Of a DNA stretch of 64,000 nucleotides, positions 36,601 to 58,863 are shown piece by piece. The DNA comes from Paraspadella gotoi (taxonomy: Eukaryota; Animalia; Chaetognatha): assembly GCA_051294375.1 (NCBI GenBank), contig CM119266.1:14840542-14904541 (forward strand), written 5' to 3'. The translations under genes were made by a program, and so were the position numbers. Position 1 is the first letter of the stretch. Every line of letters starts with the position of its first letter. The notes beneath the pieces were generated by a model. The model ran no database searches. It was not told where the DNA came from and saw only the letters and a program-made list of their open reading frames with translations.

Positions 36601-38628
36601 AGACTGAGAACGTCTTTCGAAATATATAAGTGTTGTTTTCGCGTTTTAGTATTTAGGTCAAAGCATCGAGGATTCGTCTGGAAACGAAACGAGATTTCGA
36701 GCATCACTCAGCCGACGATCATCACAGTCGAGATTTCTTCACTTTTGTTTACGACGAACACTTGGGAGATGCACAGTGAATATTGGCATGAAATCATTTT
36801 GGATCGGCACAGTGAATCTCGCTTTAAAAGAGTCGCGGTTACGAAAATGTCGATGAGAAAACTGGATGAACTGTAGAGGCGAGAAAAACTGAGAATAGAT
36901 TGTAAGAAGATTACCGGTCGAGCAAATAGTCGCTCGTACTCGACTCCACAATAGAAAAAGCCCCAACGATCGAGGGTTCGAACCCCATCGATCCCCGTTG
37001 TTCCACTCGAACGGCGTCTCTTTCCACTCGAAACAGTTTGAGAATCATCCACTCACGTTTTTTTGAGACGGACGAAAACAAAATTAACGCCCGGTCCTTT
37101 TTTTTTATATTTTTAAAAGTTTTTATGATTCATTTCTGTATTGTTTCTTTCTTACAACGGCGCATATTTTTTTTTTAGAATCTAGAGTTTAAAACAACAG
37201 AACTTTGTGATCAATTCAGACGACGGGTCGTCTTGGTCTCCCAGACGATGGGATTCGATCGAAAAGTAAACATCGTCATCAATTTTTATTTCATTTCGAG
37301 GCGTCGGTCCCTTTTTTTAATTTTTTCGTCTTTTTCTCTTTTCGTTTCGAAACTCATCTTCCTCGCCCTCTGGTAAAACTTTGCGTGAATGATTCTCGCG
37401 AACAGGTTTTTACTTTTTTTTTTCTCTTTTTAATTTTCCTTTAATTAATTTAATTCTGGGGGCGAAACAAAGGCCTCTCAGCTTCGTCGATGCAGCTGAA
37501 CCGTGGAGGGAAGATAGGATAACGGATCTTGACACGAAATTGGGAATTTTTTTGGGGGGGAAGAACGGTTGAATCGCTGACTTTGCCTTTAGTCTTTAGA
37601 CGGATGTTTTCATAGTCTTTAAAAGTATAGAACGAGAAATTCGATACCAGTTCTTATTTTGAATTTATTTTGTTTACCAAGATGCCTTAACTATCGCTCA
37701 ACATTTGTCATTAGAAAGAAAAGCAATCAGGATGTTATTTTTCCCCTTGAAAATAGTTTTCCGGCCAGAGTTTAAATTTCCATCCTAATCCCGAGGACCA
37801 TTAAAAGGATACTTATGTAATTTCATATTTACATATATTTAGAAACAGCGCTTGTTACTGCGCAATGCCCGCTAAAAGAAAAGACGAAACAATTTTCGTC
37901 CTTGCGTAATAAAATTTTCAAACTTCAACTTTAGCCCTCCCGCCATCTCTTCGTCTCTGTTGTTGTTTTTGAGCCGGAGACTAAAATAATGTTTTGCTTT
38001 CTTTTAACGCAATCGAGTTTTGTCGATGGAGAAGTGAGAAAATGGAAGCCGTCCGGAGGAGATTCTTCCTTCTGGTTTTAAAATCTTCAGTAAAACTTTA
38101 TTGTTATTGAAACTATTTTTTTTCTGTTATGTTTTCTTTGTCGCTGGTCACTCCTTTCTTAGTTGTAGTCTCGTAAAAAAGCCCCAGACGACAGAGAGAA
38201 AAGGAGTTTATCACCTGCGTCTGATTAAAGAAATGTTTAAAGTAATTTGAATTTTAGCTTTCCTTTCTTTTGTTTTAAGCCAATTATGAGCGAAAATTCC
38301 TATTAAAACTTTATTTTGGTTCATGTAAAACGTAAAACGTCGAACCACCCAGAGAGAGAATAACGAGTTGACCCAGAGCGATAGATTCAAAACCAACGCT
38401 CAAAACGTCTCGTGGAGTCAAGGCTATACAACCTTTAGGCTTAAATAATTTTTTTTATATTCCAACATTAGAATTCGTTTTCGAGAACTGAAAAAAAAAC
38501 GCATCTTGTTCCAGTTAAAGTGGCACGACAGAGACGGAGCAGCTTAAAAGTCAAAACGAACCCTTCAAAAGTCTTCCTGTTGTTTTTGTAAATTAAATCC
38601 TTACATCAGTTTTAAGGGGAAAGGGTTG

Positions 38629-38663
<35 letters not shown>

Positions 38664-38668
38664 GAGAG

Positions 38669-38741
<73 letters not shown>

Positions 38742-38770
38742 AAGAGGGAGAGAGAAGAGAGGAGAGAGAA

Positions 38771-38823
<53 letters not shown>

Positions 38824-40808
38824 AGAGAGAGAGAGAGAGAGATTAGAAAGGCGAAAAAGAAATTTGCCCGAGAGACCATTTTCCCCTCATTCGCTTGGTC
38901 AGGGGGGGGGGGGGGGGAGGGAAGTTTTTTCCCCGAAATGATTATTTGTTTAATGTAACTGTCACGAAAAAAACCCAGTCAGAAGAGTCGGACGAATTTA
39001 TTCGACATCGAGATTTACATCCATCGTTTCATCGGACAGTTTTTGCCGCCCTGCGACTTAAACAAACACTATTAATCTAGAAAACAAAAGACTCTTGTCC
39101 CTTTTTGTCTTTTTTTTTATCCTTCCGATAACAGTTTTCAAGTGAGTCAGTGAAAATTGGGTTAAAAATCAAATCGCGGTCAAAATTTACGAGAAATTTA
39201 CGATCGAATCTCGTGTCGAATTCTTCGGTGGTTTTTTTTTTTAATCAGAAAGACAATTGTGAGGATTGAGGGGGGGAAGCAATGAGCGCGGAGCTGACGA
39301 CAGTCCGATTCACTGAATCTTCGATCTTCTTCGATTTTTCATCGAGGCGGACGAAAAAGTAAACATCGAGGAAATCCTTGTCTTCATCGCCTGCGCCATC
39401 TTCGTCGCTGTTGTTGTCGTTGTCGTCAGTATGGTCTTCTTCTTAGTCGTCTTTATCGCCAACTTATAAGTCAGGGATTTTTGGTAAACCGAATAAATAT
39501 TACAAGAAAAAGCAATGATCTTATTCCTTTTATGCCCTCAGAACGTTAAAAACAACCATTTAGGGTTATTCGAATGAAGATAAAAAATCATTATGACAAG
39601 GCATCTCGTTTTTCAATTTAATATCTCGAGTTTAATTTAATTTTTCTCGTGTTTGCGACGATGTTGTTGTGAATGCGAGAGAGAGAGATAGAGAGAGCGA
39701 GACGATTTTCAATTAAGTCTGAAAGGATTGTGAAAATGAAATGAAGGGATAATGCTGGGACATCTGTTTGTCGGGAATTAGTCAGGGAATCATGGCCCTA
39801 TCGCAGCTCAGCCTTTATGGTCGCCCCTTTTATTCAACGCTAAAGCGTCGTTTTTGACGGGAAAAATTTACTTACATATTAAGTTTATTAACACAACTTT
39901 TCATCCTTTTTTTTTTAACTCAGAATACGCTTTAAAAAAAAATGTCAGATAATATTTCATTTTGGTTTAAAAAATTGAATTATGCCTAATAAATTATCCC
40001 TCTTTAATTGTCATGTGTTCATTTAGTTTAAAATATTTTTTGAGGGGTCGTTCGCCGAACTCTTTTTAGTTCGAATTCAGCCGCCCATAAACAATAAACA
40101 AATAAAGGAAACTAAGGTATTAAATTCAATAAAAATGTCACAGATTTTCGCGCCTCAGAGAATTGTTTCGTTTTTACTTCGTTTGTTCTAGTTTCTCATG
40201 ACAAAAATTTTTTATCCGAAAGAGATTTATAAAACATTTCATCTTCAAATTTGGTACGAAGCGTTTTTTAAAAACCGATGTAAACACTCCGTAAAATAAA
40301 ATACTTAAAACGGAGAAAATGCAACATTATTAATCACAGTTTTGTATTTTTCTTCGTCAAACCAGAAAAAGTGTAAAAAGCCTGATCATCAAAAGCTTTG
40401 GAATTAAGTACGACTCTATTTTGATTCACTCACCCCCTCTCCCCTTTTGATTCCATCCTTTGATTCCAAGTCAAAGGGCTCTCCTCATCCTCTTCCTACT
40501 TCACTCATCTCTTCTCCTCTGGATTTCCCTCTTCTTTTCCTCCTCTTCCTCGTCTCCATTCTCTTCCTTGTTCTTTTCCTCCTCTTCCTCATCTCCATCC
40601 TCCTCCCTCTTTCTTTACTGCCCTCTCCCACGCTCCTCTCTCTCTCTTTTTAATATCTCTCTCTCCCTCTATTCCTCTCCCTCTCCCTCTACCTCCTCCC
40701 TTTCTTCCTCCGCGGCGTCCATAATCTTGTTTGCTTCGACGTCGAAGGCGTTTAATCTTCGCCAAGATTCGCCACGGGGTCGAGAATCCGCGACGCCATC
40801 TGTGACGC

Positions 40809-40924
<116 letters not shown>

Positions 40925-42150
40925 ACGGAGTGTCTTATATGAAGGACAGTGTAAATATTTACTGAAATTTTGTTTTGGCAGGAGATTTAACTAAATTACC
41001 TAGAAAGCTAAATTGTCGAATTCAAAAGAGAAAAAATATTTGAACTTGATAATATCTTCAACAGGAACTTTTTTAAAGAAATATACAATGCAGAATTGAA
41101 TTTATCAATAACTAAAATATATAAAAAAAAAGGAAATAAAAATCATCATTGAAGCGACGCCGGTTGGTGAAAAGACGTCACAATTGTTTACAAAAATTTT
41201 GTTGAGATTTTCTCGTCAAAATCGAACGTAATTTTTAGGCCACAGAAAGTGACGAAGAGACAAATTAATGAATGAATGAATGAATGAATCAATCAATCAA
41301 TAAATGAATCAATAAATGAGTCAACTAATCAATCAATCAATCTAATCAATCAATAAATCAATCATTCAGTCGAAAAGAAATAAATGAATTAATTCCGATA
41401 AGGAAATTATAATAATTACTCCCGATCGCTTAAGAAATGAGTCACCAGGGCCCACTCAAGAACGATTCGCTCAGCCCTCCACCTTCATAACGGCACACCC
41501 GCAATCATAACCACCTTCGCGCGATACAGCACCACCCCCGAGCGACCACCTTTTCAAAAAATACAACCCCCCACTCCGACCTCGACAAACCGGGTCCGGA
41601 GCGCATCTTCGTCAAAAAAACCGCCCGATTTCAGTCGTCGTCCATCATCGACCCAAACTTTTGTTCGAAATTCTCAAAATCGACGAGATCGTTGTCTGTG
41701 TCGTCGTTGTGTGGGGGGGGGGTGGAGGAGGGGAGGGGGGACGGGGAATGTGGGGGGGCGCGATGGGCGAAGAAGTTTTTAATTTGAAACCGAAGAGTTT
41801 TTTTTTATGAAAGGAGTGTAAAGGAGTGTCTTCCTCTGTTAGTGTTTACTTTCTTTGAAAAAGGACGAAAGAAGGTTCAAATCATCTTTATGATTTTTAA
41901 GCGACGAAGTGATTACGTCGTGAAATATTATTCACTGAAAATTTTTAAAAGGGGTCATTTTAAAATAAATAAAAATTAAATAATCATGTTTTAGATTTAA
42001 CAATTTCGTTTGAACCTAAGCAATTAATAATTGTTCTCTGATTATGCTTGTATTCAGTAAATTGTATTTTATCAATTCTTTTTGTGTCAGGTCCCCATGA
42101 TGATTTCAGCGATTTCACTCGCAGCGACGTCGAACTAAAACTTTCCGAAA

Positions 42151-49625
<7,475 letters not shown>

Positions 49626-50374
49626 CGAATCGGAACGGACGAAACGCGGAACCTGACCTGACCCTTTTCCCTCTTTCCGCGTGTCCCTTTCAACCCCCCC
49701 CCTTACCCTATATGGGCTCAAAGCTCTTCCAAGTGCAACTTATTTTATTCCGCTTTTATTCTTATGACTTTTATCACTTATTCTTTAATTTGCCTAATTT
49801 AATCGAAATAAGCTGAAAAAAAAAAATTGTTTCGAACGAACGAAAGATCATAATACTCCGCAAGTAGTGAAAGACTGTGACGAAAGAGAATATTCATCGA
49901 GTGTATAGACAAATCGAGATGAACTATACTGTACTAACGATTGAAGATTGAACATTAAGAAACGCTTTGCATGTTTTGCTATACATTTCGAAGGAAAAGG
50001 ATTAAACAGAATGCTTACAAATAAAGGCATTAAATTTTATTTTACTTTCTGCGCTGCTCTGTTCTATGATGGTGACTAGGTTTTACTTATATGTTCTTGT
50101 ATTTACTGTACTGTAGTCACCAGTAGAAATGACTGTATTAAAATGATTATCTTTATTTGGTTGCATTGTTGGTTTTCTTTTATGTTAAGGAGCCATTCGA
50201 GAGACTTCAGTACATGAAATTTAGAGAGAAAAAAAATAAACGAAGTGAAATAATTATTACTGAATTTTAAAGCTTTTAAGCCCAACGGAGCATAATTTAA
50301 GTACCTCATAACAATAAAAACTTTACCTCTCTCTCTCTCTCTCTCTCTCNNNNNNNNNNNNNNNNNNNNNNNNN

Positions 50375-50644
50375 TACCGGGATTGCCGTCACGTAGACAT
50401 TTCACTATTGGACGACTAACTTCTCCTAAATATATATATGTAAGCATTAGCCAAAATTATTCTAATGGTAAAGTTGTAATCTAAGGAGTTTTTCAAAATC
50501 CAAGCGAAGTATCTTTCACCTTTGCTTTCCTTTAAAACCCGAATAATTTGTCGACGCGATGGGAATAGACCGAAGGCGCCCTGCACCTTTGTCGTCGTTT
50601 GTCGTCTCAAACAATCATGGAAATATACTCTCTCTCTCTCTTCT

Positions 50645-50676
<32 letters not shown>

Positions 50677-51849
50677 CTCTCCATCGTTCCATCCATTGTC
50701 GTCTGAACCCCAGAGTCTCGTCAAAGACAGATTCAGGTAATTCATTTTTTTTCCACCGCATTAGTTTTCAAACTTCGTTGCCTCGTTTGTCGTCGCGGAG
50801 GAGAGGAGGAGGAGGAGAGGAGAAGACGAACGACGACGACACGACGACGACGTGCCGAATGAGGAAGACGACGTCAACAATGAGGGAAAGACGACGTTAA
50901 TGATCCTCGGTTTTCATTCGCGCTTCGTCCATTGTTTCCCAGATTTTTTTTTCTCTCTCTCTTGCGCGAGGGGGAGCGAGGAGAGCGACGAGGGAGAGAG
51001 AGAGGGAGAGAGAGAGGGAGGAAGAGAGGAGAGGAGAGAGAGAGAGAGAGAGACGAGAGAGGAGGAGAGGAGGAGAGAGAGAAGAGAGAGGAGAGAAGGA
51101 AATATCATTTCGCGGCCGTTCCTCACCTTTCTCTCGCTGTTCGCGGGACGCCGCCGCCAGAGCGCTCGCCAGCGCCCCCGCAAGATAGCGCCGCTTACGT
51201 TTCGAGCCGGTTCCGAAAGGGAGGCGCCGGTTTTTTTTCTGAGGCGGCGCCGGCGGATTTTTTCAAGGTTTAGAGAGGAGAGAGAGAAGAGAGACGGGGA
51301 GAGGAGAGAGATGAGGAGAGAGAGAAGAGAGAGAGATTAGATGCGAATGAAAACCGAGGATCATTAACGTCGTCTTTCCCTCATTGTTGACGTCGTCTTC
51401 CTCATTGTCGGCCACGTCGTCGTCGTCGTCGTCTTCTTCCTCCTCCTCCTCCTCCTCCTCGACGACAAACGAGGCAACGAAGTTTGAAAACTAATGCGGT
51501 GGAAAAAAATGAATTACCTGAATCTGTCTTTGACGAGACTCTGGGGTTCAGACGACAATGGATGGAACGATGGGAGAGAGAGAGAGAGAGAGAGAGAGNN
51601 NNNNNNNNCCAATGATTGTTTGAGACGACAACGACGACTAAGGTGCAGGGCGCCTTCGTCTATTCCCATCGCGTCGACAAATTATTCGGGTTTTAAAGGA
51701 AAGCAAAGGTGAAAGATACTTCGCTTGGATTTGAAGAACTCCTTAGATTACAACTTTACCATTAGATATATTTTGGCTAATGCTTACATATATATTAGGA
51801 GAAGTTAGTCGTCCAATAGTGAAATGTCTACGTGACGGCAATCCCGGTA
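50375..51849. repeat. Inverted duplication, arms ~50375-50912 and ~51342-51849
   Basis: taccgggattgccgtcacgtagacat... reappears as its reverse complement ending ...tacgtgacggcaatcccggta. The arms differ mainly by small indels and are associated with N-gaps. Confidence 0.85.
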
Positions 51850-52238
51850 CAATGGTACATGGCTCGTACATTTTCCTGACTATTTTTCAATTTGCACTAA
51901 ATAAGAATACGAAATGTCCAAGAGCTGTCTGGCCATAAATAATAAACCTTCTGGTATTCTTCTTCTTAAAAGTATATAAACTAATTAGCGTTAGAATTTG
52001 TTCTCATTAACATTAAATCGTTCAATTAAGAACTATATTTAGTTAAAAAAAACGTTTCTGATGTTTCTATGAACTTCCGGTCGACTTGGTTTCTGCAATA
52101 TGTAAATGAGAACAAAGCTTTTAAGATAAAAAATAAAATTAATTCGACTTCTTTGTCAACTGATCTTTACTATAGAATTCGGCGGCTAAAAATTCCGCTT
52201 TTTTTAAATTTATAAAAAGACCCTCGCCCTTTACTTAC

Positions 52239-52428
52239 CTGACTTTAATGCCTCACCCCCTTGGCTTGATGGCAGAGACTTTCTCCCGTACTCTTTATTT
52301 GAGACTCGGTCGCGCCTTTTAAACCCCGCGCCATCGCACCTTTCCAATCCTGTGACCGCGTCCAGGTCCTCTAAGACCACGTGACCGTATTCATGAACCC
52401 GGAAGTCACGTGTGAGAATTCCCTGACC
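52239..52428 (-). CDS. Candidate isolated exon of an unresolved minus-strand gene
   Basis: An open frame (GQGILTRDFRVHEYGHVVLEDLDAVTGLERCDGAGFKRRDRV...ALKS) ends at a consensus CAG|GTAAGT donor. The acceptor is weak and I recognise no homology. Confidence 0.25.
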
Positions 52429-52916
52429 CTGGTTTCATCGCCGCCATTAATTCGTCTGCTCTTATGATATTTTTCATCGTCGAAAGTCAAGTTTCGTCCC
52501 TTTTCACGAAAATAAAAAGATTTTTGACGATGAAAGTTTACATATAATTTTTGCTACATTTCTAAATTAGATTTTCTACTAGTGTCATGTACTATGTAAA
52601 CAAGAATTCCTTTCAATATCCGAACTCTGACTCTCAATTAACGAGGCGAGAATCTCCAGTCGCGTTCACCTTCGCGGCCACTGATTCTCTTGTCTCCTTT
52701 CTTTTCTCGTCTTCCTCCTCTTCTCCGCCCACGCCCCCCCCACGCCTCCCCACTAGCCTAAAACTTCTCTCCGTCCCCGACAGGGGGCGAAAAAAAAAAG
52801 GTGGGCGCGGTGCGAGATTTTAGATTCTCATCCGCCAAAGGCGCCGCTGGTTAGGGAACGCCGGATTCCAGATTCCACTCTCAGTTTAAGGCGTGATCGC
52901 CTTTCGGTCGAGGCGT

Positions 52917-53025
<109 letters not shown>

Positions 53026-54131
53026 CGGAAATGAACTCGGGTGAGGAACAAAAGATTGGATAGGTGAAGGGAGAGAGAATGAGTGGGGAAGGCAGGGATT
53101 TGAGGAGGACGGTGACGGGGAGTCGCGTTGGCGAAGTGACGAGAATCTCGACGAGCGTGATTAAAAAGGTTAAGTGTTCAAGGGAAAGAGGGTAAGTAAA
53201 AAGGTGTGTCTAAAGGTAAGTCTGAAACAGAAATATTTAGGGTTCGTCACTTTAGAATTGTAACGGTTTGAGGGAAATTATTTTTTTTAAAACTTAACTC
53301 AATAAACATCTATGAAACGAACAATTCAACCAAAATCAATGATATCAAAGATATCAAAGAAACGAAAAGTACGCACTATGCGATGCTTGTGGTGTTCGAA
53401 AAATGTTGTCAAAAATCACATAATTGCCCCATGATCGTTTTCGCTTTCTCTCTTCCTCCATGTGAGGTTGATGCTATTCTTCTACCGCTGTACAATGGCT
53501 TTATCTTTTTCTTTCTACATACAATCAATATACACTAAAAGATTGTGACCAAACTACCAATCTATGATAATGCATATTTGTTCTTTAGCTTCATAAATTA
53601 TGAAAAGCATACTTTCATTAATGACATAAAAGGCCATGCCTTAACATACCTCGTCACTCTTATCGTCTTCTTNNNNNNNNNNAAGCGGAGGAATATTACA
53701 TTAAACATTGTCGTTACGCTACTTACGGCGCCATTCTCGCGGAACCTCTTTTTTTTATCCTGGTTTCTCCACCCCAAGAGTAACACTCTAATTCTTACTC
53801 TTACGTCCTGTCACTACGGTTGAACGGTTCTTCATTTTGAAACGCGGACTTTCGACATCGACACAATATTTGTGTTATTACTCTGAAATAAATAGTTTGC
53901 TAATGTCGCTAAAATATTCTGACACTCCTACGTAAAAAAACTCTGCATCTAATATTCTCTCTACCGATCCCTAAAATCCCATTCACGTCTTCCGCTCTCA
54001 AGTCCCAACACCCCCGGCGACACCCTTCGACCCCGCGCGCGTTCCTCCTCGACATCTTCCATCGAATCGCGCGCCACTAACCATAATCCATAAAACCAAT
54101 GACTTATGATGGCGTAAAGACGGCAATAGTG

Positions 54132-54245
<114 letters not shown>

Positions 54246-55659
54246 TGTTGTAAACATCTTAATCTTCGCTCCTCCGGCCGGGGCCCGCCCGCGCCGGTGC
54301 TCCGTCGGGTCTTTTCGCCTCGGCGCCGGTGCCGTGCCGTTGCTTTGCCGGTGCGGGGCCGGTGCTTTGACGTCAGTCAGAGTCACAATAAAAGGAACAC
54401 CATTAATTCATTCTTTTTGCCGACGAATGGAGATTCGAGAATCGAGAATAAGTCGGGGGTAAGGTTCGTGTTTTGGCCGCAGGGGAGAAGTGAGGGGTCG
54501 AGGGGTGAGGGAGAACTTTTTTTTGACTCGGCGTCGAATCGGGTGAGATTTTTTTAAAGGTAGTTTCGATAAAGGAAAGTTATCGAATTCGAGATCACAG
54601 AGTCGTAAAGCATATTAGTTCGAATTCTAAAAGGTGAGCAAATTTTTAGTAAAGCTGAAAAAATTAATTAAAAAATTAAAAGACCTTTTTAAAATTTAAT
54701 GCAAAAAGAGTTTTCCTGTTTCCGTTGTGGTTCTCGCAAGGGTTTTTTGAGCAAATTATGTGCCGTTTAGGCCTAGAGGACCGTGAAATCGGACACTAGC
54801 AGGACTAGTTGGATATCAAAAGGTTTCATATTCAATAAAAAAAAAACGAGGATTATGGTAAACATTCAAAAAATCGGACGGGAAACATTTTTAGCCAAGG
54901 AAAATTAAAATATAATTATAATAATAAAAAAAAAAGGTTTTCTCCTTGATAAATAGTGAAATAATCGCTCTAAACATCCCAATTTTCGTAATCAAAACGC
55001 TCTTCTATCTTAGCTCCAATTTTCGGCGCCCGACGAAGTAAAAATTTGCCGGCGTCGTTTTTTAAAAATGAAATCCCGTCGTTAGAGCTCCGTTCCGATC
55101 TTTTGTTTGTGTCGCCCGCAAAAATAAAAATAGCGATAATGGCACGATTTCGAAAATTTTTAGTTTTTGGTCTTTGTCCGCCAGAGGGCGAGGAGAGTGG
55201 GGCGGGGTGGGTTCCCGTGGCGTCGAGAGGCTTAACGAGGCTAATTTAAGCCCAAAATTTCGTCGTCGACGATTTCTCTTTTATTTCGAAGATGATCTTT
55301 TTTTTTTTTTGGTGGGGGCAATTATCCGAAACGAGGCTGGCGCCGAATCGACGCTGCGTTCGTGGGCTTGAAAACAAAAACCGCGGGTTCTCTTGTTGTT
55401 TCGTGGATTTAATGATGTTTTATTTTTGGGAGATTTTGACTCGGATTAGGGGGGTAATTCCTAATCTTTTTTTTGAAATTTATGTTACATAGGAAAAAAA
55501 TGTTATTGATTAATTCTTATGCAAATAATAACAAGGGGGTTCTCGATTTTTCAATGTAATAAAGTCTCTTAGTTATACAACGGGTTCGACGAAAAACAAG
55601 ATTAGAGAGAGTGGAAGACAAATTATTCATAATCAGGGAATTAACTTTTGGAACCAAAG

Positions 55660-55789
<130 letters not shown>

Positions 55790-56118
55790 TTTTCGGAAAA
55801 AAAACTAAAAAAGAGGGGGAAAAAATTAGAAAAATTTACTCTTGGTCCGAAAATTATTTTAAAAATGCAAATATCATAAACGAGGATTAAATTTGAAAAG
55901 AACCGACGAAGAGAGTTTCGTGTGAAAGTTTCTCTCTCTTCTCTTTCAATATTCCTCTTCTTTCTTCTGCTCCTTCTCCCCCTCGTCTCGCGAGAAAACA
56001 GTCGACTGTAATTTGGAGCAATTAAAGTTTTGGAGACTCGAATTTCATTAGTTACCTTCTTTTCTTTGCAGAAGGCGAAGCCGCACCGGGAAAGGGGGTG
56101 GCGGGGGGGGGGGAGTAA

Positions 56119-57495
56119 AACGACGGTCCCGACGCCGAGTGCGCGAAGAATTAGTCTGAAAAATCTTAATTATTTTTTTTTCATTAAGACGTTATTAAAA
56201 CCATTCGCTTGTTAAATATATTTTTTTATAATGTGAACGAAAATCTAGATAAAATAAAATATATGCTTGATTATTCATTTTTTGAATAAATAAATCGCGG
56301 AAACATTTTTATTGCCTTTCGCGAGCGAAGATCTTCCTCTTTCTCTCTCTTCTATTCACGCCGAATTATTTTTTATCGCTTTCAAAAGAAAATTAAAAAG
56401 TTATGCCATCTTATTTCTGTCTGTCATATTTTCAAGCTTAAAAGCTTTTTTTTTTTTTTTTGAGAAATGTTATGTTGTTAATGATCGGCCTGAGAATTGG
56501 AATTTCTTAACTTCTATGAGTGGAAATTGTCTGACGGGACGACGACGACTCGACGATGACGAGGCGAGCGTCGACGACGACGAAGAGACGACGATAATCA
56601 TGACAGCGACTACGAAAAAAATTTTGAGGGCAAAGTTCGACGAAGTTTAGGTAAAACTTTCCCTCGAGAACACACCGGGATTTAAAGTCAACTAATAAAA
56701 TAGTAGAGCACCGGATTTCAAAAAAAATGATGGATAGAAATGAATTAATATATCAGTAACTTGCTATCATTTGTAAGGAACCAATTGATATGTCTCAACT
56801 CAACTAAACCACTTGAGCTTTTAATAATTATTACCTAATTAAAAACTATTATACTCTTCCTGGTCTGTCGTTTAAAAAAAAAATAAGATAAAAAAACAAA
56901 ACTAAAATATACAAAAAAAAAAAAAAACGCCGACTACCCGCTACTACCTTCGCTAACCTTCAACCCACTTCGCCCATCGCTAATCGTCTCGACAGGTCGC
57001 ACTTCATTTCAATCTCTCTCTATTTCCCGCTCCCACTACTCCGTTCCAAGACCTCCCGAATCCCACCTCTCAACTTCAGACGACTCCCGCTTCAGACCAA
57101 CACGGCTTCCGACCATCCGGTGCTCCATGAAACTCCTTCGGCTCCACTTATTCTCACGATTAACTCCTTTAATTACTCAAATTTGCTCTACCCTACTCGC
57201 AATGATCTTCTTCTTTCCTTCCTCAGCTCCATTCATGTCCTCCACCTCCTCGCGGCGACTCCCCCTCTCCGTCTCGGAGACGCCAGCCTAGAAATGCGAC
57301 GCGTCTCCCTTCATGTTGTTTTACTCGACGACGAACACGAAGACGACGACGAAGAAGATTCTCTCGGGAACCCTTAAAAAACCTCGTTCTCATCTCGGCC
57401 CCCCCTCATCATCTTTCCGCGAAATCCCGCACCACAGGCGCCTGGTTTGGAACCGGCGTCTCCGATTATATACACGATGTTTTTGGAGAGAGAGT

Positions 57496-57531
<36 letters not shown>

Positions 57532-57861
57532 GAAGAGAGAGGGAGAGAGAGAGAGAGAAGAGAGAGAGGAGAGGGAGATAAAGGCCGCGACTACTCACGC
57601 GGGCCGGCGTATATCGGCCATCGGGGATCCCGCTTGGCCTCTCCCCCTTCCGCCGCTAACTGGCACCCCCCCCCGTGCCCACCCTCCTCGAAACCATCGG
57701 GACCCCCAAACATCAGGGGGCCCCGGAGCACATTTTAATTGCCTTATTTTCGAGTTAATTGTCGAGCCGAGGCTTCGCGAAGATGGCGCTGAGGTGAGCG
57801 CCGAAAAATTCTCATTCTCGTCGCTCTAATGATCTTCCGGTGAGAGGACGGGGACGACGAC

Positions 57862-57895
<34 letters not shown>

Positions 57896-58815
57896 TGATG
57901 AGAGGAAACTGCCGATGCTTTTCTTTTCCCCGTTTCCGCGTTTATGATTTGAAATGGGTTTCGTTAAGCGGACGATTTTCCTCGTCACCCAAATTCTATG
58001 CTGAGATTTTTAAAAGTTTAAGATTTTTGTCTCACGTAGTTAAAAGAAACTTTTTTTTCGAGTACGAGGGTGAAATCGGCTTGGTTTGGATAATCGGCTT
58101 GGTTTGGATAAAGCAAATCCCAAATTATGTGTTTCCTCTAAGATGTATTTCAATATTGTTTAAGAGCATTTTCCGAATTCTTTTTCTGAAGTCTCTTATT
58201 CTTAATCGGGAGAATTTTTAATCTACGTAAAAATGGCAAATTTTTCCAGGCCTATGTTAAATCTCCAAAATCATAATCAATTTCAAATTCAACGAGGTAA
58301 TCTTATTTAAATTTATAATTAGTTTTCCCTGATATTAACAACGATGGGGTTTTGATGAAGCCGCCAATTTTCCCCGTTCCTCCCGCGCTGCATCATTGAA
58401 GAGCCTTCTTCCCACTTCGACCCCAAATCCTTAGCACTTACTCCGGCAACTTCCCCCCAACATTAATGCAGAATTTATCCGCGAAAACTGGCATCCCCGG
58501 AAATCTTCATTAGCCCGTATGTTTTCATCTTTTGAACAATGGCGGCGCCATCTCGCCCGCAAGCGGACGCCGAGAGACGCCGGGGGGGGCCCCGACGCCG
58601 GATCGAAGAAGCGAGATTGGGAGCGGGAATAGGAGAGCGCGAAGTTAGGTAAGTAAAAGGGAAGAAGACGAAACAGACTGACAAACCTCTCGTCTAGGTG
58701 AGGTTTATTAAAGGAACGAGAGAACGACTGCTGGTTCTCCTGTCTTCTTGGTAAGTTTCGGTTTTGGCGCTTAATTAGAGGCGTCTTACCAAGGAAGGGG
58801 AAAAATGGAGAGAGA

Positions 58816-58863
<48 letters not shown>

